From Octopus sinensis (taxonomy: Eukaryota): a stretch of DNA of 64,000 nucleotides. The translations under genes were made by a program, and so were the position numbers. Positions 37,533 to 49,699 of this stretch are shown here, in pieces (positions within the stretch are counted from its first letter, which is position 1; every line of letters starts with the position of its first letter). The stretch lies in NCBI RefSeq assembly GCF_006345805.1, contig NC_042999.1, positions 115,754,001 through 115,818,000 of the forward strand, read 5' to 3'. The notes under the pieces were generated by a model. The model saw only the letters and a program-made list of their open reading frames with translations, was not told the origin of the DNA and ran no database searches.

Positions 37533-37761
37533 GGTATTTATATAAGCTTAAAGGTTATAGCGATTACTGTGCAATGACTAAGGAAAATAGTCTAGTAATG
37601 GGGCATATAAACCCTTGACAGAAAAAAATTAGGCTTTCCCATCCGCGTGGGAAAGCCTACTTTTTTCTGTCGAGGTCTTATCATTAGAGGCCCCATTATT
37701 AGGTTATTTTCCTTAGTCATTACACGGTGATCGCTATAAGCTTTAAGCTTACATAAATACC
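37533..37761. mobile_element. Fold-back MITE-like hairpin (~110-bp arms, 6-nt loop)
   Basis: ggtatttatataagcttaaaggttatagcgattactgtgcaatgactaagg...taggctttccca-tccgcg-tgggaaagccta...ccttagtcattacacggtgatcgctataagctttaagcttacataaatacc. Confidence 0.9.
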
Positions 37762-37959
37762 GTTATTATTATTTACAGAATTGAAAACTCGGCGCTGTAT
37801 AACAAAACCATCCGTACCGAAAGCATACACACACACGTTCCGTGGACCGTGCATCTGCTCTCTCCCTCCGCACCCGCCCCACTGTCACCCGTTTCCCGTT
37901 TTCCCTTACCTACCACCCCTCCACCCTACCTCTCCAACGCACCAGTCTCCGAGCCTCCC

Positions 37960-38512
37960 GGCGACTTCCACTTCGCACATCTTCCCTAACCTACCACCCC
38001 CTTCCTTCGAACGAGCCCACAACCTATGTGACCTCCTGGTCCACAGTTTCTTCTCTAACCCAACCTTCCAACCCGGCTCGTTCCCCTGCTCACGCCCACG
38101 TTGCTGCGCTTGCTCGTACCTCTCCAACACCACTATCCTCACAGGCACCCATCATCGACCCTACCATATCTCTGACTCCTTCACCTGCACTTCTAGCAAC
38201 GTCATCTACTGCATCTCCTGCTCTCTCTGTTCTTCTTTATACATCGGTAAAGCGGGACGCCGCTTGGCTGACCGGTTCGTGGAACACCTCCGAGAGATCA
38301 GACTCGGCAACGACACCCCAGTCTGGCGCCATTTCCGCTCTACTGGTCATTCTTTACAACACCTCTCTGTGTTTGGATTGTCCTCGCACAGGGGCCATCC
38401 GGACTCCTATCTTCGCCGTGAACAGAAATTAATCTTCTCTCTTCGCTCCTTTGCACCACATGGGCTCAACTCTCCTCCCCTCTTCATCGAACCCCCTCCT
38501 CTCTTCCTCTGA
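37960..38512 (+). pseudogene. GIY-YIG endonuclease domain of the Penelope-like element (frameshifted relative to the upstream RT remnant)
   Basis: VIY..YIG motif, conserved R (DRF) and E/N (EQKLI..GLN). Confidence 0.85.
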
Positions 38513-39115
38513 CACCTACTTCCTCCCTTCACTCCCCTCTCCTCTCTTGCTCTGACACCTACTTCCTCTCTTCACTCCTACCCACCTTCTCCCTTCTACC
38601 CTCTCCCTTCATCGTCAGCCCTACATCGTAACCCCTCTCCTACATATTCCAATCCCACTATCTCAATACATCCCATTCCACCCCCACCCCATCCATACAT
38701 TTCACTCGTACATACCTCACCCCTACAATCACACCCCAATCCCACATACCCCACCCTTGCTCTCCCCACCCTCACCTCCCCCACCCAAACACCACCACAC
38801 CAAACACCACCATACCACACTACACCACACCACATCACACCACTCCGCACACACAAGCACTGACCACATCCCAGCACCCACACCATTATCCACACACCTA
38901 CGCATGCACATACGCACACGTCAAGGTCACCAGCCCTTATCCTCACGCACATACACATTCTCACATACACACACGCGCGCACCTTTGTTTTGGGATGATC
39001 ACCACTACTTTATTGTCTACCCTTCTCCTAGTTCTCCTTCCTGACCACCTCTGTCCGGCATTCGCCATAATTGATCACTAGCCACTAAACCTTTTTTTTC
39101 TCTCTGTTTACTTTT

Positions 39116-39153
39116 GTGTTCTGTTGAAGAGCATTGGCTCGAAACGTAAAATA
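39116..39153 (+). ncRNA. Candidate minimal atypical hammerhead motif in the Penelope pLTR
   Basis: CUGUUGAAGA-GC-AUUG-GC-UC-GAAAC-GUA, with a palindromic ACGU stem III. Confidence 0.35.
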
Positions 39154-39276
39154 CCTTCTCACTTCTCGAGCGTTAAACTAATACATCTGTTTGTTGTTTA
39201 CACACCCGTCTTCGTCTTTTGTTTTGTTTGTTTTGTTGTAAATTCCAACTATATATGTATATATATATATATATAT

Positions 39277-39316
<40 letters not shown>

Positions 39317-40180
39317 GGAGGGAGGGAGAGAAAGAGTATGGTAACAAATACATGCAACAATACAACCGGGCATGTGCTCATACACACACAAACACACGCA
39401 CACACACACACACAAAGACTCACAGAAATATATATGTCTACAAGTCCTAATGCGTAGTAAGGTAACAGGATAATACCGTTAGTAGGGAAGGTTAGGAAAG
39501 ACAATAAAAGAAAATAACGGATTTAAAACTGAATAAAATCAAATAAATTAAAGACAGTAAAAGATAGTTAAATACAAGAAGATATAAGGAGGCTTAATTT
39601 TCTATACTTTTCTATAAAAGGAAGTTTAATTTTCTATATGCGCGTACATAATATGTGCGCGAATGTACGTAGCGATATCTGTGCAGTGGTGGGTCCTAGT
39701 ATGTCTCCAACATAGCTGTGCGTCAAATATAATCAACAAAAGCAGTACGAGATAGAAAGAAGTAATGGCGGCAATCTGACTCGTTCACTCTCTCTTTCTC
39801 TTTGTTTCTCTTTTTGTCTGTCTGTCTCTCTTTTTCTCCCTCCCCACACACATACACGAAGAGAAAGAGACAGTGTGGGAGAGAGGACGAAAGTATCTGA
39901 AGAAGGTATTCAAAATTGAACATCAAGCTAGAAAGAGAAGCAAGAGGCGGGATGAAGATAACGAAATGTTCCAAATTTAATTTAAAATATGGCGATTATG
40001 GAGCTATTTTGATGATATTCTTTATCATTACGTATTTTTAAACATATTTAATATTGTTTTACATATTTGTAATGCTATTAAAATAAACATAAATTGAATT
40101 ACTTTCAAAAGCACAAACATAAGAGTATGTACACACACAAACACGCACACACACACGCACATTTATGCATTTATGTATTC

Positions 40181-40216
<36 letters not shown>

Positions 40217-40944
40217 GAACGGGCGTAGTTTTGCATGTACCTTTGTAGATGTATTTTATAGATGTACGGTACATAATAGAATATCATCGAAGAGTTTGTT
40301 ATTTTCTATTCAATAAGAGCAATTGCTGAGCTTTTCACGAAAAGATATTAACTTATTGACGAATGCTGAATTAGAATCACACGGCAAAGAGATAAAAGAG
40401 GTGTTTTGTAATTTTACATGGAATTGACGCTCCATCACGTCTGGTGTTCTTAATTCAATCTAACAGTATTAGTTACTTTCTAGTAAGTCATTTAATTTGA
40501 TTTTTTTTGAAATATTCACTATATTACTATATATCATAGCGAGTAGCTATTTAGTTTGATATAAGGTATTTATTCTGTTTTTTTCTATGTTTTTATTCGG
40601 TAAACTACTTTGTATTTCGACTGCTAATACACAGACGTGTTGGCACACGAGCACACTCACTCAAACACACACTCACACACACGATCAAATACAGCATTTT
40701 TTTACATTGATACAGGCATGTTAAAAGCCTAACTTTAGATAAGAAAGTGCACGGAGACACATGCACATATACAAATTACAAATGATTAAGTACACACACA
40801 CACACGAATATACTTAAAAATATGCACACAATATATGAGGGGTATACACGCATACGCTTGTGTATGCATACATTACACATACGCATATATATGTGTTATG
40901 CTTGCAAGTTTTATGAATCAATACATGATAAAAATAGAATGAAC

Positions 40945-42102
40945 CACTGAATAAGCACAATTTTATTTAACGTAGGTTATAGGGCTGTTCAGCTGGTTTT
41001 ATTATTCTATTGATAACATCAAGGAACATTTTCAAAAAAGTTTTTAGTCGTCTTGCTTTTTACAATTAGTCCAATCTACTTTGATGGTGCTGGGTTCAAA
41101 AATGCCCTCATAAATTTTCTATCACGTCAAGTTTTTTGTCCAACAGGAATTCATTTTTTTACAAAAAATGTCAATTTTGCCATTAAATGCAATGCTGAAA
41201 TAAGAAACTAACACAAACCAAATAGTACTTTTTCATTGTTTAGCAAATATATTACGTAAAATATTTAATTACAAATCTTAGTGTCAAATTGGAATTTCAG
41301 CTACTTAAGGTGTGAACTTTCTCTTTGCTGCTTTGCGTGAATGAAGAGCATCATGACAGTCAGTTTGTAAAGCTCAGCAGTAGTCAACCATCATGTTTAT
41401 GTTCTACCTGCTTTGATACATAGTGTCCATGGTTTCGATGTCGTAGTGGAATCTTTCTCCTTGTTCATCACTTATTGCAATATTATTTTCAGGGAAGTAG
41501 TCTAGATGACTGTGCAGGAAATTCACTTTTACACTTATGCTGTAAGACTTTGAATTAGACATTTGTAAGACTTTTGTAGGACTTTGAATTAAACATAACT
41601 GCAGCAAAAGTATTTAGATAAGAAGACATAGCAGAAGACATCGGGCTGTTTTGCATTTACTTCTCTCACAACTGGCCACATTTCTGAAATACAAAATATG
41701 TATTGAAACCAAAAAAGCATTCTCAGAATTGTCAACAGTTATAAGATAAGCGAATGCAGAATTTTGATGGCAAAGTTCCATGAAAAGCATACATGCCATG
41801 AAGCTCTTTCAACAGTTCTTTGACCATGCTTGACAAAAAGAGACCTTGAGCCATGTCAAGGTTCAACAAAACATGTCACACCAAGCTTGCTATGTTAGTC
41901 ACACAAAATCAAGCATAGCGTGGGCAAAGGTGCAGAAAAATTCCACAAATACGAGACATGTATTATGTTAAGGACCACAAGAATGTGTTTTTTATTAATA
42001 TCTAATTGTATAAAGGATATATCTTTCATCATCATGATATTTAAAACAAGTCAGGTTAAAAATAAGTGTAAGTTGTTCAAGTTTGATGCTTTTTATTCAC
42101 TG
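40945..42102 (-). mobile_element. Chapaev3-like (CMC) DNA transposon, internally deleted non-autonomous derivative
   Basis: Minus strand N-terminus 'VASCERSKCK(N).PDVFCY' joined to the C-terminus 'SVKVNFLHSHLDYFPENNIAISDEQGERFHYDIETMDTMYQSR..NMMVDYC'. Tentative TIRs CACTGAATAA/TTATTCACTG (9/10). The family name rests on recalled motifs. Confidence 0.65.
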
Positions 42103-42114
42103 TAGTACTTAAAA

Positions 42115-42890
42115 AACAACAATACTGGGCTTAGTAAATTAATTTGGTCTCTAAAGGATAAAAGTAAATATGATAAAAGTAAATATTTTTGTCCGCTCTG
42201 TAACGAAGGACAATTCCCCATCCTGTTCTCGGAGAATTCTCTTGTAAATACGTTTAAAGAACGCGTTTATCGTTGCAAACATTGGCAAAAACATACCTTT
42301 AGTTCCTCTAAGTAATTTCTACCAATCTATAAAATTCGGCCTTTAACTGCCTTCTTACATTTTATTTCCACTACATATATCTATTTCCACGCTTTAAAGC
42401 TCAATTCCCATTCATCTATCTCACTACATTACTTCACTATTAATTTTCTGTTAATTTCTTTCTTTCTCCCCCTTCTCTTTCTCTAAATTGCCTTTAACGT
42501 TAACTCTATTAACGGTTTTTTAAAAAATTAACTTGGCAGCGTTCCCCTTCATCATATACGCGGTAATCACATTCAGTTAAAATGGTTTATTAATATGTTT
42601 TGTTTGTCTTTTTTCCCTGACAAGATGATTTCATTGTTTTACATAATTTTATTCCCTCCGGAATAATATCAACGTTTTCTTTCGAAACATATGTCGGAAG
42701 TATAAAGATTTGAAAAACATCTACGTTTGACTCCGTTTCTTAATTTATCTACGTTATACAAAAATATTTCACTTAACCCTGGAATTTCTACCTTTATAAG
42801 TAGGCTGTAATATCCTTGGCACTTATGTGAATATTGGCTACCCTGGTAACTATTTATTTATTTTTTCCGTGTTATCTGTACACATTAAAA
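42115..42890. mobile_element. Penelope-like GIY-YIG C-terminus (+, 42115-42316) with 3' flank and an inverted piece related to 23250-23290
   Basis: 'NNTGLSKLIWSLKD..FCPLCNE..IL..VNTFKE..YRCKHWQK'. ac(a/t)gggcttagtaaattaatt is shared with 23829-23849, and the reverse complement of 42830-42870 (cacggaaaaa..ttaccagggtagc) resembles 23250-23283. Confidence 0.7.
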
Positions 42891-42912
42891 TATACACACA
42901 CACACACACCAT

Positions 42913-42946
<34 letters not shown>

Positions 42947-43179
42947 ATACGTAATATGGGGTTTAGTTCACCTGTGATCTAAACGAGTAGGTACGTTGGG
43001 GGAGTGCTGTAATGGATTATCAGGGTTCTAAGCTCGTAACTGATGCGGGAGCTATGTTTCCGTTTTAGGTTTCCGATTTGTTGTCCTCTTTCACACACGC
43101 ACGCACATACACACACACTTATCTTTGTATCTGTATGTGTCTCTGTATGTCTGTGTGCCTCTGTGTGTGTGTGCAGACA

Positions 43180-43213
<34 letters not shown>

Positions 43214-43302
43214 TACACATACATATATTAGTGTATCCGGTAAGCTCTAAGCATTTTTCAATATGCAAAAATGGATATAAATAATTGCCCTATCAATAAA
43301 TT

Positions 43303-44288
43303 TTATTCAATGAAATAATTTATATTATTTTTAATGCACTTTGCCCATCTACCAGGCAATTTAAATATTCCATCAGTATAAAGTTATACTGGTTTTGAGG
43401 GAAAAAAATGTTATCTAGATGCATTTTGACTCCATCTATATCGTTAGATGTTTTTCCTTGCAATGAGTTCTGTAGAGACAAAAAATGTGATAGTCGGATG
43501 GCGTAATATCAGGGGAATATAGTGGATAGGGTAAGGGATCCCAGCCAAGTTTATTGTCTTGTTGGAACACTATTCCTTTCCTGTTGGCAATCTCCGGCCG
43601 CAATTCTTTGATTTTTGGTTCAAATTAGCCAGCTGACGACAGTACACATCAGAATTAATGGTATAGTCTTGTGGGCTAAGCTCATAATAAATAATGGCGT
43701 TATGATCTCGTCAAACACAAAGCATACCTTTTTTGGCAGGGATATCTATCTTTGGTCACTGTTTTGGGTGATCCTTCCTCAAACTCCAGGATCTTTTTCG
43801 CACTACATTTTCGTACACAATCCATTTTTCATCTCCAGTCACAAGTTGTTTAAAAAAAAGCATGCTTTCATTCCGTTTCAAAAGTCTATCACAAACGGAA
43901 TACCGGTCCAAGCAATTATTTTCTGAGAGTTTGTGAGGTGCCCATACATTATAGCGAGAAATGTATCCTAGCTTCACTAGATGTTCATGATTCGAACGTT
44001 TAGAAACTTCCAACTCCTCTGAAAGTTCTCTAGTCGTGATATTTGAGTTTGCTTCGATTTTTGGCTTCAAAACATCTTCATCTAATTTTGAAGGTCTCCC
44101 ACTGAGACTGTCATCTTCCAAGCTAAACTTTCCAGCTTTAAATTTTGCAAACCACCTTTGAACAGTTGATTCACCTACAGCATAATCACCCTAAAATTCA
44201 CAAACGTTTTTGGAAGTCTTTGCAACATTTTCTCCTTTTTAAAAGAGAAAAGCATTACAAAGCGAATATGAAATTTTTGGTTATCCAT
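43303..44288 (-). pseudogene. Mariner (DD34D, SETMAR/Hsmar1-like) transposase, degenerate
   Basis: ATG at 44288 'MDNQKFHIR..STVQRWFAKFKAG..SGRPS..WAPHKL..VTGDEKWIVY..VFQQDN[deletion]..YSPDITPSDYH..GIFKLPGRWAKCI', TAA at 43303-43305. Contains stops and frameshifts. Confidence 0.92.
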
Positions 44289-44464
44289 TTCAAATGTCAA
44301 TAAAAGGTAACCGGAATGTCAAGAACAAAGAAGAGACAACCACTTCAAGCCACTCCAACAGAATTCTAGGTATGCACAAATGTAGAAATACAAGAGTAGA
44401 AACTTAAAGGTGCATAAATTTTGATGTAATGATTAAAGATATACCTATTAGCACATTTAGAGCG

Positions 44465-44752
44465 ATGGGCTCACAAGCATAAGGTAGTGAGTTCGATTCT
44501 TGGACCGGGCTCTGTGTTGTGTTCTTGAGCAAGACACTTTATTTCACGTTGCTCTAGTTCAATAAGTTATAGAAATTAGTTGCGACGTCACTGGTGCCAA
44601 GCTGTATCAGCCTTTGTCTTTCCGTTGATAACATAATTGGTGTGGATAGGGGAGGGTGATATGCATGGGTGACTACTGGTCTTCTATAAACAACTTTGCC
44701 TGGACTTGTGTCTCGGAGGGGAACTCTCTAGGTGCAATCCCATGGTCATTCA
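44465..44752 (+). mobile_element. tRNA-derived SINE family C
   Basis: B box gagttcgattc, then the family-C body to gcaatcccatggtcattcatg. Confidence 0.85.
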
Positions 44753-45339
44753 TGTTATCAATACATTACAAAATAAAAAGTTATGAGTATTTTTGCACTA
44801 AGGTAGCAATAGCAAAATATGAAATACAAAATACACGAAAATCAAAAGTCAGTAATTAAGATTACAAAAGATAAAGTACATATTACAAAGTTATTACATT
44901 ATGTAAATGACAACACTGTAAAACTAAAAATACCAAAATGCAATACATATTACAAACGACAAAGTTGCAACATTATAATTGTATAGCAACTGAGGATAAT
45001 CGAATTTGCAGCATTATTATATTATAAAGTCATGACATTATATCATGAAATTATAAAACTGTAACGTCATTGAATTAGTATTGAATTATTGAATTATAGA
45101 ATTTCAATAGTGTGACCATAGCAATTCGGGTCAGTGACGGAAATGTGATTGTATAGAATAGTTATTTGCTAAGACAGGCGTCCAAATATAAGGGTACGTA
45201 AGATGTTTACCTCACAAGGCAGACACGAGAATAATGGAAAATGGAAAATACACAAACAACATAAATTATAGCAGGTTAAAACATCCCCACCAAACAAAAA
45301 AAGATGCGGTAAAAACTGTTACCCAGAAGAGTTTTGTAT

Positions 45340-45740
45340 AGATCTGATGAAACTCTGCAGTCGTTTAGTCCTTCCCTCCCTACTTCTACGGCTAGACGCT
45401 AGTAACTTCATGTGTTTTGATGGTTGAAAGTTCAGTGAAGTCAAAATATTTTCTGAGAATGTGCTCTTTGAGATGTTCGTCAAAATTTAAGTCACTTGCT
45501 GTAAAATACTCTGCCATTCCATCGATAGAGTGTTTCTGCGTCTGACGTCATATTTATGCCCATTAAATCTTTTCCTTAATTTTCCTTTTGTGAAACCAAC
45601 ATAAATCAAATTTTGTTTGATAATGCAGCTGCGTACTTCATTTTATTCCACGTAATGGAAATTGTTATTCAACGCTACAGTTCAAAGTTATCGCTGTTGC
45701 GACATTGGCAAAAGTTTGAGCACCTTTCAACAAGTGTGTT
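45340..45740 (+). mobile_element. Possible old mariner 3' fragment
   Basis: A degenerate PPYSPDLAP-like segment (ccctccctacttctacggctagacgctagtaacttc) and a tttgagcacc TIR-like end. Confidence 0.3.
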
Positions 45741-46059
45741 CTTTTGAAAATCGTTTCAGTTATTTATGTAGTTGTCTGAAGAACTTTGAAGGTAAAGAAA
45801 TGTTATCCCCGCGGACAAAAACAAATAAATAAATACATAAAATAAAATTAAAAAAAGGAAAAAAATGTTGAAGACTTTGAAGGTTTCGTATTCGGAACAA
45901 TTTAGTTGAAAACTTTTAATTTGAAAAAATATTGAGAAGCTAATTTTTGTTTTGGGGACAAATGTTATGTGACTTCAGTTTGAAAATAATAACTGAAAAT
46001 TTCCATGAGATTCCTATACAGCCCTACCATAATTTCATACATCAATATTCGCGTACGTG

Positions 46060-46222
46060 TATTTCCTCTGTCTTTACGTTCTGAGTTCAAATTCCACCGA
46101 GGTCGACTTTGCTTTTCTTCCTTTCGGGGTCGATAAATTAAGTACCGATTGCGTACTGGAGTCAATTTAATCTACTGGCTCCCTCCCCTAAAAGTTCGGG
46201 CTTTGTGCCTAGAGTAGGAAAG
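46060..46222 (+). mobile_element. 5'-truncated family-A SINE with a perfect 16-bp TSD
   Basis: AATATTCGCGTACGTG at 46044-46059 and 46223-46238. Confidence 0.9.
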
Positions 46223-46925
46223 AATATTCGCGTACGTGGCCCTCACCATAAAATGTTTATTCATCACACCGAAAGCAATCACTTTATTTTATCAATCAAA
46301 TTTGTGTAGACGCCTATGTTTATGGGAGTTTAAATTTACCCGTATCACTTGAGCTAATCGCATGGATAATAATGATCCTACAGTTCAACAAGGTCAAATA
46401 ACTAACCCTCATGTTGGACCATATGATTGCATTTTTTTTGCCCTTACATTTGAGCTAGTCATTGGAAACGTTTCAGAAAAGCATTTAATTGACCAAGCCA
46501 AAATATGAACTCATTGTAAGTTAATTTGTTTTAAATGCCCGCAAAATACTTAAAAACTACTAAAAGTCGACATAAGTTTTCACATGAAAGTCGACTACAA
46601 ACTTTGCCACCAATAAATTCTATCAATAAAAATTAAGAGTCAGAAATTTAATGTAAGTTATGCTATAGTAAACACTTACCTCCCAAAATTTATGACTTTA
46701 GGAAAGAAGTCAGTCATAGATTTATTTAAGTCAAACTCAGAAATTCCTAACGTAACGCACTTCGTCATCTTTCTAACAATGAAGCAGAAACAAGCGGGAT
46801 TGCCTCAACCTGAACACGATCAACAGCAAAGGCTGTTGACGCATGATACTGAAATGCTGAAAGGTTTCCTATCCAACTCAGGGATGGTCAGAGGCTTTAT
46901 GTAGCTGTTCCACCCCGATAATATT

Positions 46926-47321
46926 CTTTTCTACTCTAGGTACAAAGCCCGAAATTTTGGGGGAGGGGCCAGTCGATTAGATCGACACCAGTACGTAACT
47001 GGTACTTAATTTATCGATTCCGAAAAGATAACATGCAGAGTCGACGTCGGCGGAATTTCAACTCAGAACGTAAAGATAGACGAAATACCTATTTCTTTAC
47101 TACCCACAAGGGGCTAAACACAGAGAGGACAAACAAGGACAGACAAACGGATTAAGTCGATTACATCGACCCCAGTGCGTAACTAGTACTTAATTTATCG
47201 ACTCCGAAAGGATGAAAGGCAAAGTCGACCTCGGCGGAATTTGAACTCAGAACGTAACGGCAGACGAAATACCGCAAAGCATTTCGCCCGGCGTGCTAAC
47301 GTTTCTGCCAGCTCGCAGCCT
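46926..47321 (-). mobile_element. Dimeric family-A SINE (full monomer + headless monomer with a different tail) inside one TSD
   Basis: TSD-like ttccacccc(ga/tg)taatatt at 46908-46925 and 47322-47339. Confidence 0.8.
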
Positions 47322-48220
47322 TTCCACCCCTGTAATATTATTTAAAAAATATATGTATGTATGTTGTTGTTGTTGTTGTTGCTGCTTTTGTTTGTGTGAG
47401 TGTGTGTGTGCGCGTGAGTGAAAATAAGTTGTGAGAAAGTATGAGTAATCTCGTCGGGTGGATTGTTTCTGTAATTCAAATCTCAGGTCTTCTTAAAACT
47501 GTTTAACGCTTATTCAACTCTGCAGAAACTCAGCTACATATTTCGCTAATCCGGTGACCATGTAGTTTTGTTGATCGAATAACAGGCTACTGAAAATGAA
47601 AGAAGCTCGTTATATATGTATATATACTGAACAAATGTGTGCATGTGAATATACAAATGTGTATGTACATGTGTATGTGTGTACACGTGTCAGTGTGCAC
47701 GAGTACGTGTGTTTGTTTACACTTCCGTCAATAAAGACATTTGAAATAAGAGATCTCAAAAAGGTGAGAGTTAGCGACAGGAAGGGCATCCGGGTGTAGA
47801 GGAATGCCTGAATAAAATAAATGTCTAACCCAGCCTATAGCTTGCTTCCCAGCCACTTGGTTCTTGGTTCAGCGAATGAAAAGCGGAAGTTTATATTCAG
47901 ACATGTAACCGGTCGAAGTGCTTGCAATAGAGTGGAACCTGCTAAAGATATCCAAGAATGAAGTTGTTGTAAATTAAGATTACCACTCACTTATATTTTG
48001 TTAAAAGAAACCAGTTTGCATTTAATTTGTATATCTCACAGTTAAGAAACGACTATAAATGTTAGAACTTTAATTTATATTCTTTGGAGACTATTATGAT
48101 TATTAATCTGGACTTTTATAGTTCTGTTGAACCCTTTGTATAACAGAATTTTAAGTGGACTAGGATTTCAAATTTAAGAATATGTATATAGTCTTTGTGT
48201 ATGTATACGTTTATGATATA

Positions 48221-48371
48221 TACTTAGGGGTGCTGAAAAGTTCTTGGCTTTAAGGGTATCCCGAAAGGCCTGGTTGGAGAACGAACCTTGCAAGTTCTTT
48301 TACAGGGCCTAGAAAAACTGAAGGACTGCTGAGAGGGAAATATATTGAATAAAATCATAATTAAAAGATCC
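48221..48371. mobile_element. Mariner-type MITE fragment
   Basis: TA..GGGGTGCTGAAAAGTTC TIR complementary to ~3700-3716. Confidence 0.6.
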
Positions 48372-48439
48372 TTCTCACTAGTGTTTCAGTTGAATACCAC
48401 ATAAATAGGGGTATAATGCAAATTACAAACAATAAATTA

Positions 48440-49241
48440 AATTGATAATATAAGGATTTATTTACATTTTAGCATAATATATCATGAATATAATATGATA
48501 TGACATAAAAAATATTAAAAAACCAAAAAAGGCAACAATTTATTTCGACTTTTATACATTATTTGATTTATATACAATTCATATCCATCTATATAAGTCT
48601 CTTCAGAGCTATGGTTTAAAAGACAGACGAAATTCCGTGTCGAAGGACGGCTGGATTGTAATTGCTATGTAGTTGAAAAGTTAACGCACACGATCCTAAA
48701 CATAGGCATTTGAATTAATTTTTTTACAATCCAGCCGTCCTTTCACACGGAATATCGCCTGTCTTTTAAACCAAAGATCTGAAGAGACTGATATAAATGG
48801 ATATAAATTGTTTATAAACCAAATAATGTATTTTTTGTTTTCTTATATTATATTCATAATATGTTATAGTATAATATAAATACATCATTAGATTGCCAAT
48901 TGAATCTTTCTATTAATTTATTGTTTATATATATATATCTTAAGTATGTCCTTGAGAACGATTATTTATGTAGTAATCTTTTGTGCCCAATATTTTAAGG
49001 AACTTGTTGAACTTTTTTATGTCCTTAACATGTCCCTGTTACCAAAGACTGTATATATGTAATGAAGCAATTTGCAACAACCAATAATTAATGCAACCAA
49101 ACTTCTACATGTTACTTTTGACAATCTTTTTCCAAGAGTGAAACCGGTAAAGTAAATAAACATCTTTTAAATTGCATTTTCAAACCTTCTTTCGTATATA
49201 ATTCCACTCGTGCGGTACCCCACAACTCCACTCTGTTATAT

Positions 49242-49290
<49 letters not shown>

Positions 49291-49647
49291 TATTTGATTT
49301 ATATACAATTCATATCCATCTATATAAGTCTCTTCAGAGCTATGGTTTAAAAGACAGACGAAATTCCGTGTCGAAGGACGGCTGGATTGTAATTCCTATG
49401 TAGTTGAAAAGTTAACGCACACGTAGCAATTACAATCCAGCCGTCCTTCGACACGGAATTTCGTCTGTCTTTTAAACCATAGCTCTGAAGAGACTTATAT
49501 AGATGGATATGAATTGTATATAAATCAAATAATGTATAAAAGTCGAAATAAATTGTTGCCTTTTTTGGTTTTTTAATATTTTTTATGTCATATCATATTA
49601 TATTCATGATATATTATGCTAAAATGTAAATAAATCGTTATATTATC

Positions 49648-49655
<8 letters not shown>
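48440..49655. repeat. Nested palindrome: outer arms ~228 bp with 1 mismatch seen, plus two internal hairpins
   Basis: 48441-48667 versus the reverse complement of 49424-49652. 49284-49420 directly repeats 48553-48690. The older diverged arm is 48723-48830. Confidence 0.92.
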
Positions 49656-49693
<38 letters not shown>

Positions 49694-49699
49694 TATATA

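Larger units (their letters stand above)
37835..39250 (+). mobile_element. Penelope-like element 3' part: RT thumb, CCHH linker, GIY-YIG endonuclease and 3' pLTR
   Basis: 'DRASAL..RFPFSLTYHP' (frame 37842), then 'PGSFPCSRPRCCAC..FTCTSSNVIYCISCSLCSSLYIGKAGRRLADRFVEH..HF..RREQKLIFSLRSFAPHGLN'. Confidence 0.92.

Noticed and set aside
39680-39702. Helitron 3' end (..gggtcCTAGt)
   Set aside because: There is no convincing subterminal hairpin and no identifiable 5' TC end.
43230-44430. Intact TIRs of the mariner copy
   Set aside because: The candidate termini do not match convincingly as inverted repeats, so element boundaries were not called.
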